NCBI GenBank assembly: GCA_964455555.1
Contig: CAYVXV010000004.1
Span: 7,771-71,770, forward strand
DNA: 64,000 bases
DNA from: an uncultured Pseudomonadales bacterium
Lineage (GTDB): Bacteria > Patescibacteriota > Microgenomatia > UBA1400 > PJMF01
Direction: 5' to 3'
The position numbers and the translations under genes were made by a program. How positions within the stretch are numbered: position 1 is the stretch's first letter; each line of letters opens with the position of its first letter. Under the pieces are notes generated by a model that was not told the DNA's origin, did no database searches, and was given only the letters and a program-made list of their open reading frames with translations. Positions 8,993-18,829 of the stretch are shown here, one piece after another.

Positions 8993-11900
8993 TAGTTTGC
9001 TGCCAGACTACATCGGATTGCAAAATGGACGTCGGAGCATTTTTAAGGAAATCAGGCCGGTAGATAAAGACTTCCGTTGGGCTGGTATTGTGGAAAGCCC
9101 TTCCTAGTTCAGAATCATCAAAATCCCTGTTCAGCGAAACACTATTCCAGCCTACAAAACTGCCTGCCCCAATGAACTTGAGGTCAGTGGTTGAGCTGTT
9201 GTTGTCACTCTGAATAATGATGTTATTGGCAACATACACACCTTCAATATTTGCTTGGGTCCTGGGGTTATTGCTGGCAGTAATTCGGTGGCCGACATTT
9301 TGGTTGATATTAATGTTGTCCCTGACAATGAAGGCTAGGAAACCGCCCGAGGCTACCCTAATTAAACGCTCGTTGTCCGGTGTAGTGCCGCTAACACCAT
9401 CATCATCGCGGATAGTCAGGCTGCCGTCTACAAAAATAATGTACTTCTCATTGTTGGGAATCTGCCACCTTTGGGAGGCATTGGGGCTGATAGTAAGGTC
9501 TCCCTCAGTGGCAAAAATGCGGGTGGTCTTGCCGTCAGCTTCAGTGAAGTTTATTGAATATTGTGAACCAAGGTTGGTGAGCTGGGTTTGTTGGCTGTGG
9601 TCTGTGTTGGCAGGAATTTTGGTCAAGCTACTAAGGTCGTACCTAGTGCTCATAACAGTATAGTTTTCTACCGGCGCTGCACCAAAGTTAAGGTTGCGCC
9701 CGCGCCTTTCGGGGAAATTGGTTGGATTGGTTTGCCGCTGGGTCCAGCGGCTACTTGAACTGACAGAAGATGCGCCGGTTAAAGGCATGCCGGCAGTGGC
9801 AACATCAGAAACCCCCGAGGCATTAATGCCGAAGTATGGTGTGCAGGCTGATCCGGTACAGAGAGAAGTATCCGGAATGCTATTGGTGCCAAACCCTGTG
9901 CCGGCATAGAAAAGGCCGTTGGTGACCTGCCACCAAGGGTCATTAGCTAGGTTGTAGCGTTGTAGATAGAAGTTAGTGGATCCTGGTGAAGTTATGTTAT
10001 TTGACCTGGTGCAGTTGGTCAAACTGCTACCGCGGTTGCAAGGGGCGCAGACCAAAGTATCTGCGGGGTTGGGGTTGTTGATTCCAAGAGTAAGGATGAT
10101 ATTTCTGGTCCATGAGCTTGGTGCGTATGGATAGTTGTTCAGGCCGTAAGTCTGACCGCTGACACCCGAGCTCATATTACCCAGAGAGCCGATAACGCTG
10201 TTGGTTGCGTTAAGTGTTGAACCCGATTGCAAACCTGGGTTGACCAAGCCCTGAGCGTTGCCTGTACAAGTGTTGTTGGCATCAAGCACAAAGTTACCGG
10301 TTATGTTACCAGTCAAGTTAAAGTCCTCAGTCCTCCATGGAGTGGGTTGAAGGCTGCAGGTGTTGTTAACCGCCCGCACCGATACTCTCATCCGAAAACC
10401 ATGGGTTGCTGATGGTGTATATAGCTGTGATAGCGTGCTGGCAGAAACAACGGTGCAGTATTGGTTGGTTGCACAGTTGAATGATCCTGAGGTAAGTCCG
10501 GGGTTGACAGTTTGCGGGTAGATGGCAACCTCATAATTATTTGTCCTAGTTCCGCCGCTGGTCCAGTTGATTTGGACACGCTGGTCGGCATCTCCAGTCA
10601 TATTCACGTTGGTTCCTACCCTGCTTGGGGAACTAAAGCTAATTGTTGGTGTAGTCGGTACGCCAGAGTCAGTGTTGGCACAGGTGCCGCCACAGCCGTC
10701 CGGCTGGCCGCAGGCATTGGTGCAAGTGGGCGAACAAGTTACATTGATGGTTTTATTGTCTGCATTGCTGCAGGAAGTCCAGCCTGTACAAGAAGTGGTG
10801 CCCCCTTCATACGTGCAATTTGGATTACCGCTGCATTGATCGACATCACCGGGCATCTGGCAGAAGACGTTGTAAGTACCAGTGGTAGCCAGCCCGGGCA
10901 TGTTTATTGTCGAATTGCACAGGCCGGTAGCCGGGTTGGTGGTGCAACCTGTAAAGCGGTAATAGTAGATGTTGCCTGCTGAGTCATAAACCTCGGTGGA
11001 ACCTGCTGGTGTGGGAATAATCCTAGTATTGTTTTGGCGTTTTAGATAAAGTTGTGTCACTCTTCCGGCACTTAACCCTGGTTCTATCGAACCATTGACC
11101 GTTACCGGAATCTGAGCGTTTTGCTGATAATTGGTTGAGGTGGTGGAGACAGTACAGCTTTTTTTCTGGCCGCATTGGAATGGACCGTAGCTGCCGGTGC
11201 AGAGAGGCTGATCACTGAATGGATCGACAATTTGCACACTATATCCGTTGTATTGTCCGGGAGCCCATTGTTTGCCGGCGTCAAGTGTAGCAGTGCTGAA
11301 TTCACCGAAGCACTGAGCGCCCCAACAATAACCCATAGTTCCCGGTATCCAGCGGTAGTGATCCCAACGGCTGTCGGTTCCGCTAGGTGGATAGTTGGTG
11401 CCTGGACGCCAGCCGCCATCCACTGAATCATCGTAGTTTATCCTGAGAATGTGTCGGCTAGCATCTTCCTGACGTGGCCAGTAAAAGGTGCCGCTCTCAC
11501 GAGTACATAGAGGAGGTGGGGCTGGTTGGTCTGGGGAGATATAAAAAGGACTGGCACAGCGGTTTTCACGCCAGCCACCGTCATCACCCGGCCGCCAAAG
11601 GTTTGCTTGGGCAATAAAAGTGCCTTTGCCGTCTGCATCCACAGCCCGCAGTGCCGGGTCGTTGACAATGCTTGCCAAATTAATATTGCCGGAAAAGCTG
11701 TGTTGTGCGGGTCCTTCCGTTCCTTCAGGAGACAAATTAAATGTCTTGCTCCAAGATGTACCCTTTTTTACTACTGTGATACTGGCTTGATAAGCAAAAC
11801 TAGTGTCGGGAACCCTGACATTTAGGTCACCATAGTAACCACAGGCAGGTGAAGAAATAACCACTCCTTGGTTTCCACAGTTATAAAGGCCTTCCGGAGC

Positions 11901-13151
11901 AAATTGGCAACAGTCGTTGCTCCAACAAATGGACTTTCCGGTGCTTGAGTCACATGGTGTAGTACTGCCGCAGACACCTGGGTTGTCATGGCAGTTGGTG
12001 CCGCAGTTGGCATCGTGACAGGCTGGCGGTGGTGTGGCTCCCGGGGCACACTCCTGTTCTATCCAAGCCAGGCATGATTGATAGGTGGAGCGGCAAGCGT
12101 TGATACAGCCACCGCAATAAGTGGTGCCGGCTGGGCAGCCACCACCTCCACCACCGCTTGGGGGAGGCTGTTCCCATGAGCAGGTGTTAAAGAGTGGGTC
12201 TGGGCAAAAGCCGCTGCCACAGGTTGCGCCTTGAGCGTAGCAAGCGTCGGGAGAAGAGGAGCCGCCAGAGCAGGTAGACTGGGAGTAGCCTGCAGTGGTG
12301 TTACCATCGCAGATGGCTACTGATTGACAGGTGCCTGAACTACAACCGACCGTGGTCCCTGGTGAAGGACACCAACTGCCATCGGGACATCTATATGAGT
12401 ATGAGATATAAACACATGCCCATTTTCCACTACAGGCTGCATAGGCACTAGGTACAGTAAACATGCTTTTAAAATTTTGTATATATGTGTTAAAAAATGA
12501 TGATAGTCCTACCGGCTCAAGAGTAAAAAGTAAGCCCTCTGCATCTTGAAACTCAACCACTTTTTGCACTGAGGCAGTAATCATTTCATTATCTGTTAGA
12601 TTGCCACCGGCGCTTAAAAGCAAGATCTCATTGATGCTAAAAGTCCATACCATGGTCACTGTTTCTAGTGACTCACCTTCAAGCAGTTTGGGAAAGTCCT
12701 CCGACGAATAATAAATGCTGTAAACTAATGCCTGTGATTCGTTATCATAGTCTGCAGTGAAGCCACTTACGAACCAGTTGTTACTTGAACTCTGATGCAT
12801 AAGCTGAACATCTGGAGATTTTTCCCTATCTAAATAGCGAAAATAGATTTCTTTTGGAGTAATTCTTTGTGTACCTTCAAAGAGTAGAAATTCTGGCTCC
12901 TCTCTATATCCATGCTCATCAATCATTTTTGTTAACAGACTTTGATTCAATGAGTCGGATTGGATTTTGTAGAGAGGAAAATCAGAATTAATATGAATAT
13001 CTATTGAACCACTTTTAGTCTTATAGGTAAATCGTTCACCCTCTAAAGAGATTTGAGCAAGTTGTTGTTTCCAGATTAAAAATCCAGCAACTATTGAGGC
13101 GGCTAAAATAATAAAAATGACAACTAATCTGAGCAATTGAGGTTTCTGCAC
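8985..13151 (-). CDS. Large Cys-rich exported protein, candidate pilus-associated adhesin
   Basis: 1388-aa ORF; N-terminal TM; Cys-rich modules; FN3-like segment; coupled to a pilin gene. Confidence 0.75.
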   Translation of the reverse strand: MQKPQLLRLVVIFIILAASIVAGFLIWKQQLAQISLEGERFTYKTKSGSIDIHINSDFPLYKIQSDSLNQSLLTKMIDEHGYREEPEFLLFEGTQRITPKEIYFRYLDREKSPDVQLMHQSSSNNWFVSGFTADYDNESQALVYSIYYSSEDFPKLLEGESLETVTMVWTFSINEILLLSAGGNLTDNEMITASVQKVVEFQDAEGLLFTLEPVGLSSFFNTYIQNFKSMFTVPSAYAACSGKWACVYISYSYRCPDGSWCPSPGTTVGCSSGTCQSVAICDGNTTAGYSQSTCSGGSSSPDACYAQGATCGSGFCPDPLFNTCSWEQPPPSGGGGGGCPAGTTYCGGCINACRSTYQSCLAWIEQECAPGATPPPACHDANCGTNCHDNPGVCGSTTPCDSSTGKSICWSNDCCQFAPEGLYNCGNQGVVISSPACGYYGDLNVRVPDTSFAYQASITVVKKGTSWSKTFNLSPEGTEGPAQHSFSGNINLASIVNDPALRAVDADGKGTFIAQANLWRPGDDGGWRENRCASPFYISPDQPAPPPLCTRESGTFYWPRQEDASRHILRINYDDSVDGGWRPGTNYPPSGTDSRWDHYRWIPGTMGYCWGAQCFGEFSTATLDAGKQWAPGQYNGYSVQIVDPFSDQPLCTGSYGPFQCGQKKSCTVSTTSTNYQQNAQIPVTVNGSIEPGLSAGRVTQLYLKRQNNTRIIPTPAGSTEVYDSAGNIYYYRFTGCTTNPATGLCNSTINMPGLATTGTYNVFCQMPGDVDQCSGNPNCTYEGGTTSCTGWTSCSNADNKTINVTCSPTCTNACGQPDGCGGTCANTDSGVPTTPTISFSSPSRVGTNVNMTGDADQRVQINWTSGGTRTNNYEVAIYPQTVNPGLTSGSFNCATNQYCTVVSASTLSQLYTPSATHGFRMRVSVRAVNNTCSLQPTPWRTEDFNLTGNITGNFVLDANNTCTGNAQGLVNPGLQSGSTLNATNSVIGSLGNMSSGVSGQTYGLNNYPYAPSSWTRNIILTLGINNPNPADTLVCAPCNRGSSLTNCTRSNNITSPGSTNFYLQRYNLANDPWWQVTNGLFYAGTGFGTNSIPDTSLCTGSACTPYFGINASGVSDVATAGMPLTGASSVSSSSRWTQRQTNPTNFPERRGRNLNFGAAPVENYTVMSTRYDLSSLTKIPANTDHSQQTQLTNLGSQYSINFTEADGKTTRIFATEGDLTISPNASQRWQIPNNEKYIIFVDGSLTIRDDDGVSGTTPDNERLIRVASGGFLAFIVRDNININQNVGHRITASNNPRTQANIEGVYVANNIIIQSDNNSSTTDLKFIGAGSFVGWNSVSLNRDFDDSELGRAFHNTSPTEVFIYRPDFLKNAPTSILQSDVVWQQTND

Positions 13152-13197
13152 TATTCCATGATATATGGTTTAAAGTCTAATAATCAAGAAGCGATTG

Positions 13198-15459
13198 TTA
13201 TTTTATTGCTCTGAGTTGTCCATCTAATTTTCGTTCTAACTGCCCCTGAATGGTGTTCTCATACCAAGCACCCTCATCTCGTGCTTCCTCTGCTGGCCAA
13301 GCTCCATCATTTAATCCAGGAATTTCAGCATATTCGCGAAGGGCTTGCTGAGCCTGTGGGGAAAAAGATAAGGATTGAAGAGTTAATAGAGGAAGGAATG
13401 GAAAGACATCACTCCTTGCAATTCCTGGCTGTTGAGATGGAAGTCTTACCACTATGAAGTATTTTTCGTTCTGCTGATCTATAACAGGAGTAAAGGCGAT
13501 GACACTAGAAGAGCCTCCTTGTTTGAGCCACAGGTTAATCTCAGCACCTTCTGCTTGGATTTTAATAGTATTGGGTCTCGCTCGATCGTAGGTGGTTCCA
13601 ATATCAACATAAATAGGGATAACTTCCTGAACAGGCAGTTCAACCTCCACATAGTTTCCCGTTTCACTGTCATAGCCGTAAACCATCCGAGTTGGCGTCT
13701 GACCTTGTTCTTTAAGATTTTTAACTTCCTCCATGTAATCACGAGCTTCTTGAATAAATTCATTAATATCTTTTTGCTTGAGATCCTCATCATTAGAGCG
13801 AACAACTCCGAGATAGTTCATTCCAATAACAAAATCTCGAAGATTTTGAGGTTCAAGTTTTCCAAGACTAGTTTTAGTATACTGAAGCATTTCTAAATCT
13901 AAGCCGCTAACCTCTGCATCATTAAACGATGACAACAATCGAATATCCACGCCAGTAAATTCAGGAGTTAACTCCACTTCATCTCCATTTTCATTGACGT
14001 AAACAAACGGATAAGGCCTACTGATTGCATCTAAAATTTCTTTGGCACTCATACCTTCAATGATTTCCCTGACTTCAACAAAGGTTGTTTCACCTGTTTC
14101 CGGCACCTCCGTTGCCGGTGGTGTAGTTGCTTCAGGTGTTGGTGGAACTGGAGAAGGTGTTTCTTCTGCTGCCGGAGTTACCGTTGGTGCAACCTGCAGC
14201 TGTTCGTCTTCGACCACATCCCGCCACTGGCCGTACTCATCAACCACTTGCACAACTACTCCATCCTTAATCCGTACTGACCTGCCCAGGGCACTTTCTA
14301 CTGCTACCCTATCTGCTTCTCCCGGAGTCAATGCCATAGCTTCGCCCTCATGCCCTGGTGTATTGGATATCCTCCAGGTGTAATCTCGGCCATAGGTTTG
14401 ATCGCCGGCGGTGATAATTGTGCCCTCAGCAACACTGACAAGATTTACAATGGTGCCATTGGCTAGGACAAACTGCTCTACGCGCACTGAAGGGCTGGTG
14501 CCCTCGGGTGACAAATAGACAATGCCTAGTTCCCCCAATTGGCGCAGGGTTTCCTCAGCGCTCTCTTGAGCCTGCTGCAGCTCTTCCCCTTCCAGGTTTT
14601 GGTTGATTATTTCAAAATCCGGTAGGTCGGTAAATCGCTGCCAGCCTTCGGGGGGCTGTTCACCGCCGCCTTCCGAAGTTGGTTCTAACTCAGGCGTTGT
14701 AGCTGGTGGTGCCTCTGTGGTTACGCCAATTGTGGGTTGGTTGTTTTCTGGCTCTACTGCCCTGCCATCGGAGCAAGCGCCGAGGGCAATAGTGGCACCA
14801 AGCAGGAGGGCTGAGATGAGCAGCCTAGCCCTTCTTAATCCCAATTTCGCTTTATTTTTAGCAGGATCCTCGTCTTGAGATTCACTCTGCTCTCCTTCAG
14901 CTTCTTCCGCTGCTGCTGCTCTAATTGCCTCCGGAGTTGTGCCCGACTCTGTAGCGGCAAACTCTATGGTCCTGATGAAAACTACACTATCAGGCAAACC
15001 CTCCGCCTGAAGTCTTTCAATCAGCCCCATTTCCTCTAGTGTGTCTATATACCCGCGAACAAAATCTTCAACCGGCAGGTGATCCTCAATTGATTGCGCT
15101 TCTAGTTTTGCAACTGCTTCTTCTAGTTTTGCATAGGCTTCGACAGTCATCAGTGGAAGCCTAATGCCTCTTTTTGCTTCAGCATACTCTGCTGTAAGCC
15201 GGATATCTGTTTCTTTGTCGCCCTCTTTATCAAGCTCAGCTATCTGCTCACCAGGTTGTAGGCTTTCCATTGCTGCAGCAAAAGGGCTAAGGTTGCCCAT
15301 GGTCTCACCCAAGTTCATTGGCTGAGGATCAACATAGCCGGGTTCTGGTCTGGCTCCGCTCAATGCTTCACGGGCACCTAAAAATCTTGGAGTCCTGGCT
15401 TCACTGTCTCCTCTTGCTTCTATTGAGAGGGGTGGATTTTGCTCTTTGGTTTCTGCCAT
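13198..15459 (-). CDS. Acidic membrane-anchored protein with P/T-rich linkers and internal lipobox-like motif
   Basis: 753 aa; single hydrophobic segment RRARLLISALLLGATIALGAC; AAAGGA RBS. Confidence 0.75.
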   Translation of the reverse strand: MAETKEQNPPLSIEARGDSEARTPRFLGAREALSGARPEPGYVDPQPMNLGETMGNLSPFAAAMESLQPGEQIAELDKEGDKETDIRLTAEYAEAKRGIRLPLMTVEAYAKLEEAVAKLEAQSIEDHLPVEDFVRGYIDTLEEMGLIERLQAEGLPDSVVFIRTIEFAATESGTTPEAIRAAAAEEAEGEQSESQDEDPAKNKAKLGLRRARLLISALLLGATIALGACSDGRAVEPENNQPTIGVTTEAPPATTPELEPTSEGGGEQPPEGWQRFTDLPDFEIINQNLEGEELQQAQESAEETLRQLGELGIVYLSPEGTSPSVRVEQFVLANGTIVNLVSVAEGTIITAGDQTYGRDYTWRISNTPGHEGEAMALTPGEADRVAVESALGRSVRIKDGVVVQVVDEYGQWRDVVEDEQLQVAPTVTPAAEETPSPVPPTPEATTPPATEVPETGETTFVEVREIIEGMSAKEILDAISRPYPFVYVNENGDEVELTPEFTGVDIRLLSSFNDAEVSGLDLEMLQYTKTSLGKLEPQNLRDFVIGMNYLGVVRSNDEDLKQKDINEFIQEARDYMEEVKNLKEQGQTPTRMVYGYDSETGNYVEVELPVQEVIPIYVDIGTTYDRARPNTIKIQAEGAEINLWLKQGGSSSVIAFTPVIDQQNEKYFIVVRLPSQQPGIARSDVFPFLPLLTLQSLSFSPQAQQALREYAEIPGLNDGAWPAEEARDEGAWYENTIQGQLERKLDGQLRAIK

Positions 15460-15741
15460 TATGCTGTCCTTTGCCTTTAAGCTTTATTTACTTCTTTAAT
15501 AGTGGATAACCTTATGTGACAACTATTATATGTTTTATCTTATAGTAAGTCGAGTTTAGCAGGAAATTAGCTAGTGGCGCAATGAGAATCAGCTCCGCTC
15601 CGCTCCAACAGCGTATTGATTTCAATTTGTCCAAACATCAGGTATTCCTATCATTATTTACGCAACTTTTTTGCCTTGCAGCATGATACAATACCGTACA
15701 ATTATTGGTCATAGCAAACTATTTAGCTGCCGAGAAAATTT

Positions 15742-16251
15742 ATGACAGCAAAAGAGGACAGAGATATTTTTTTCATGCACGAAGCTTTGCAAGAAGCAGA
15801 AAAAGCATTAGAAACCGGCAATTGGCCGGTTGGTTGTGTAATAGTACTTGATGATGAGGTTATTTCCCGCGGTTACAACCAAGTTTATTCCAGCTCAAAT
15901 AAAATCAAGCATGCGGAGATTGATGCCATCAGCAAGGTTTCCGGTGTATTAGCTGAGCGCGGGCATGAAGCCACCCTTTATGTAACTTACGAACCTTGCC
16001 CGATGTGCCTAGGAGCAATTTTACTCAATCATTTTAAAAGAGTAGTTTATGGGCCTGATTTGGATGGTACGGGTGCACTCGCCGTTAGGCCGCACCTGCC
16101 GGACAGATATAGTGAGAAAAAATATCAGTTTGAGGCCACCTCCGATGTGTTGGCTGAAGAATGCAAAACTGTTTTTTTGCAGGGCCAGCCACTGAGAAAT
16201 CACTATTATTTCCAGAGTAAAATCAAGACCAAGAGTGATAAAATAGGCTAA
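15742..16251 (+). CDS. Zn-dependent nucleoside deaminase (TadA/CDA fold)
   Basis: HAE and LYVTYEPCPMC motifs; WPVGCVIV; substrate not determinable. Confidence 0.88.
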   Translation: MTAKEDRDIFFMHEALQEAEKALETGNWPVGCVIVLDDEVISRGYNQVYSSSNKIKHAEIDAISKVSGVLAERGHEATLYVTYEPCPMCLGAILLNHFKRVVYGPDLDGTGALAVRPHLPDRYSEKKYQFEATSDVLAEECKTVFLQGQPLRNHYYFQSKIKTKSDKIG

Positions 16252-16823
16252 TGAAAATTTACTTTTCGGTATCCTTGAGCCAGATGGATGAGCAGCTTAG
16301 GAAGAATTGCAAGCAGATAATTTCCCAGATAGAAAATCAAGGCCACACTGTTTTCAACAAAAGAATTTTGGATAAAAAACCTGATACTTATCAGGCTCAA
16401 TCAGAGAAGGAAGCCCTAAAGGCTCAGCGCGAGTTAACCAGATTAAAAAAACTTGCCGATGCAGTCTTGGTAGAAGTCTCCCGGCAGAGCTTGGGAATCG
16501 GTCAGGAAATTGCTTTGGCGCTTTCAATAAATAAGCCAGTTATTGCTCTCTATGAAAAAGGCCATCAACCTCATGTTCTGAGAGATGAAGGCAAGGAGCT
16601 TTTATTTCTCTCTCCCTATACTAAGGAAAGTCTCCAGAACGTAGTGCAGGAAGCCATCGAGTACGCCGCCGATCACCAGGATGTCCGTTTCAATTTTTTC
16701 ATTTCCCCTTCTATCGGTAACTACCTTGATTGGATTTCCAAAGAGAAAAAAATCCCGAGGTCGGTTTATCTCCGCAACCTAATAGAACAAGATATGGAAG
16801 ATAATGAGGAATTCGGCAAATAG
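16251..16823 (+). CDS. NDT/DNPH1-like domain fused to a C-terminal ribbon-helix-helix domain
   Basis: KIYFS, ADAVLVEVS..SLGIGQEIALA..NKPVIALY; C-terminal RFNFFISPSIGNYLDWISKEKKIPRSVYLRNLIE; TAATG overlap with deaminase. Confidence 0.75.
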   Translation: MKIYFSVSLSQMDEQLRKNCKQIISQIENQGHTVFNKRILDKKPDTYQAQSEKEALKAQRELTRLKKLADAVLVEVSRQSLGIGQEIALALSINKPVIALYEKGHQPHVLRDEGKELLFLSPYTKESLQNVVQEAIEYAADHQDVRFNFFISPSIGNYLDWISKEKKIPRSVYLRNLIEQDMEDNEEFGK

Positions 16824-16969
16824 GCCGATTTTTTTTCCGGTCTTGCCCCTCCTCTTTTAAAAACCCTGGTGAAACCTTGGCCGCCCCTGGTATTTTCTAC
16901 AATTTCCCGTTGCATCAGTAAGAGCCACTGGGGTATGATGAACCCAGTAACTTTAGCAGTGTCTGTCCT

Positions 16970-17791
16970 ATGCATTCAATTTTTAAATGGCAGTTATCTG
17001 GGCGGGAAAATTCCTCTGAGAGCGGTGTTGTGGCTGCAGCCGTAGCTTTGGTAGCGGTAGTCCTGCTGACCATTGGGCTTTCTCAAGGTGCTCAGGTAGC
17101 ACAAGACCTGTTTATCTCCGACCAAGAAGCTGAGTCAACTAGAGTTTTCAACGCGGCAGAAAGTGGCATTGAGGATGCCCTGTCGCAGGAGGCTCTATTT
17201 GCCCCCGATGCCGGCACTCAAACTATTAACCCAAACGTATCTGAGGGCATTGATAGCGAAGTTACTGTTACACCTCAAAATAGCCTGACTACGCGGGTGG
17301 TTCAAGGAGACACGGCGTCTGTCAAAGTCAATGGCGCTGGCAGCCTGCAAATAGACTGGTCAGATTTTGGTGTAACCGGCTGCAATGCCGCCGCTTTATT
17401 AATCTCTATTTATAAAACCACGGGCGGTGCAACAGATGTCAGATACCTATCAGCCGCTCCAACGGGCTGTTCGCTGGCGGCAAGAGTTGAGGATGGCTTT
17501 AATACAGCCAATGTAACTGCTTTGGCTTCTGGAAATTTTGCTTACCGCTATAGCTTAAGCACAGTGGCAGGAGATGAATTGGTGTTGATTAAACCTCTTT
17601 ACCAAGACACCAGCATTTCAGTTTCAGGCAGTTCATCAATTCAAGCGCATCTGATTAGGTCTGAATCAGAAACTTCAGTAGCTGCCGGTGATGATAGCCA
17701 GCAGCATCTAATCCAGGCATTGCGAACAATGCCCCGTGCTCCTAGGTTTTTAGAGTACGCGGTGTACTCAAACGGTTCTGTACAACATTAA
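16970..17791 (+). CDS. PilX-like minor pilin
   Basis: SG|VVAAAVALVAVVLL (no Glu5); VFNAAESGIEDAL PilX N-terminal motif. Confidence 0.78.
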   Translation: MHSIFKWQLSGRENSSESGVVAAAVALVAVVLLTIGLSQGAQVAQDLFISDQEAESTRVFNAAESGIEDALSQEALFAPDAGTQTINPNVSEGIDSEVTVTPQNSLTTRVVQGDTASVKVNGAGSLQIDWSDFGVTGCNAAALLISIYKTTGGATDVRYLSAAPTGCSLAARVEDGFNTANVTALASGNFAYRYSLSTVAGDELVLIKPLYQDTSISVSGSSSIQAHLIRSESETSVAAGDDSQQHLIQALRTMPRAPRFLEYAVYSNGSVQH

Positions 17792-17818
17792 TAGTAGTAA
17801 GTAAACTGAATACCAACT

Positions 17819-18826
17819 ATGTCTGCCCTAGCCCTAGATATCGGTACTTATTCCATTAAAGCTTTAAGTGGCAAGCCCGGAAGAAATGTAACAGTTGAAA
17901 AAGTAGCCGAGGTTTTCAACAGCACCGGCTATTCCATGCCTTCAGATGATGCTTCGCTGGATAAGTTGGCTTCTTTGGTTGAAGCAGTGCTTAATGATTA
18001 TGGTCTTCCCCGCTCGGATGTTAGGTTAAGCCTGCCGGAATCTGTCATTTCCAGCAAAGTAATTGAAATTCCGCCGCTGTCAGATGCTGAACTAGCCTCT
18101 GCTATCAATTGGCAGGCGGAACAGCACATTCCTATTCCACCGGAAGAATTAGCCCTAGAGTACCAAGTTTTATACCGCCCGCAGAAAAAAGACAAAACCC
18201 CAATGCGTGTTTTACTGATTGGAGCCAGGAAACAGATGGTTGAGCGCTATGTTCAGGTTTTTCATGCCCTCGGCATTGAGCCCAGCCTAATTGAAACTCA
18301 GGGCATTGCCTTACTGAGGTCGCTTCAGTTTGATAAGACAGATCCCAATACACTAGTGGTAAATATGGGCGCCAGTACTATGGATCTAATCATGGTTTAT
18401 GCCGGTGAGTTTCAGTTTGTGATTTCTCATATGAACGGCGGCCAACTGCTTACACGCGCTCTTGAGCAAAGTGTAGGTTTGGATTCCCAGCAGGCTGAGC
18501 AGTACAAGCGCGCTTATGGACTTGATGCCTCTCAATTCCAAGGCAAAGTCAGTTCTGCCCTTCTGCCAGCAGTAAATATGCTAGTGGCTGAGCTTAAAAA
18601 ATCTGTTCAGTTTTTTGTTAACCAGCATCCGCAAGAAACAGTCCAGCGGGTGGTGTTGTCCGGCGGCACGGCTTCATTGCCGGGGTTGGTTCAGCATATT
18701 ACCAAAGAATTGGGCGCAGAGGTACTGGTGGCTGCTCCCTTTACTGGTATCGAAGGGCAAATTCCTGAAAACGTAAATCACGCCAGTATGGCAATTTGCA
18801 TGGGTCTTTTAATGAGAGAGCTCTAA
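17819..18826 (+). CDS. pilM: Type IV pilus alignment protein PilM
   Basis: ALDIGTYSIK, WQAEQHIP, VNMGAST, VVLSGGTA.LPGL, GLLMR. Confidence 0.93.
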   Translation: MSALALDIGTYSIKALSGKPGRNVTVEKVAEVFNSTGYSMPSDDASLDKLASLVEAVLNDYGLPRSDVRLSLPESVISSKVIEIPPLSDAELASAINWQAEQHIPIPPEELALEYQVLYRPQKKDKTPMRVLLIGARKQMVERYVQVFHALGIEPSLIETQGIALLRSLQFDKTDPNTLVVNMGASTMDLIMVYAGEFQFVISHMNGGQLLTRALEQSVGLDSQQAEQYKRAYGLDASQFQGKVSSALLPAVNMLVAELKKSVQFFVNQHPQETVQRVVLSGGTASLPGLVQHITKELGAEVLVAAPFTGIEGQIPENVNHASMAICMGLLMREL

Positions 18827-18829
18827 GAT

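Noticed and set aside
8478-11825. Plus-strand ORFs opposite the pilW-like and 1388-aa genes
   Set aside because: Antisense shadows of well-supported genes; no motifs or initiation signals.
15501-15509. DnaA-box-like AGTGGATAA
   Set aside because: Single imperfect box with no cluster or dnaA nearby.
15591-15606. GCTCC tandem repeat x3
   Set aside because: Too short and not at a promoter element; compatible with chance.
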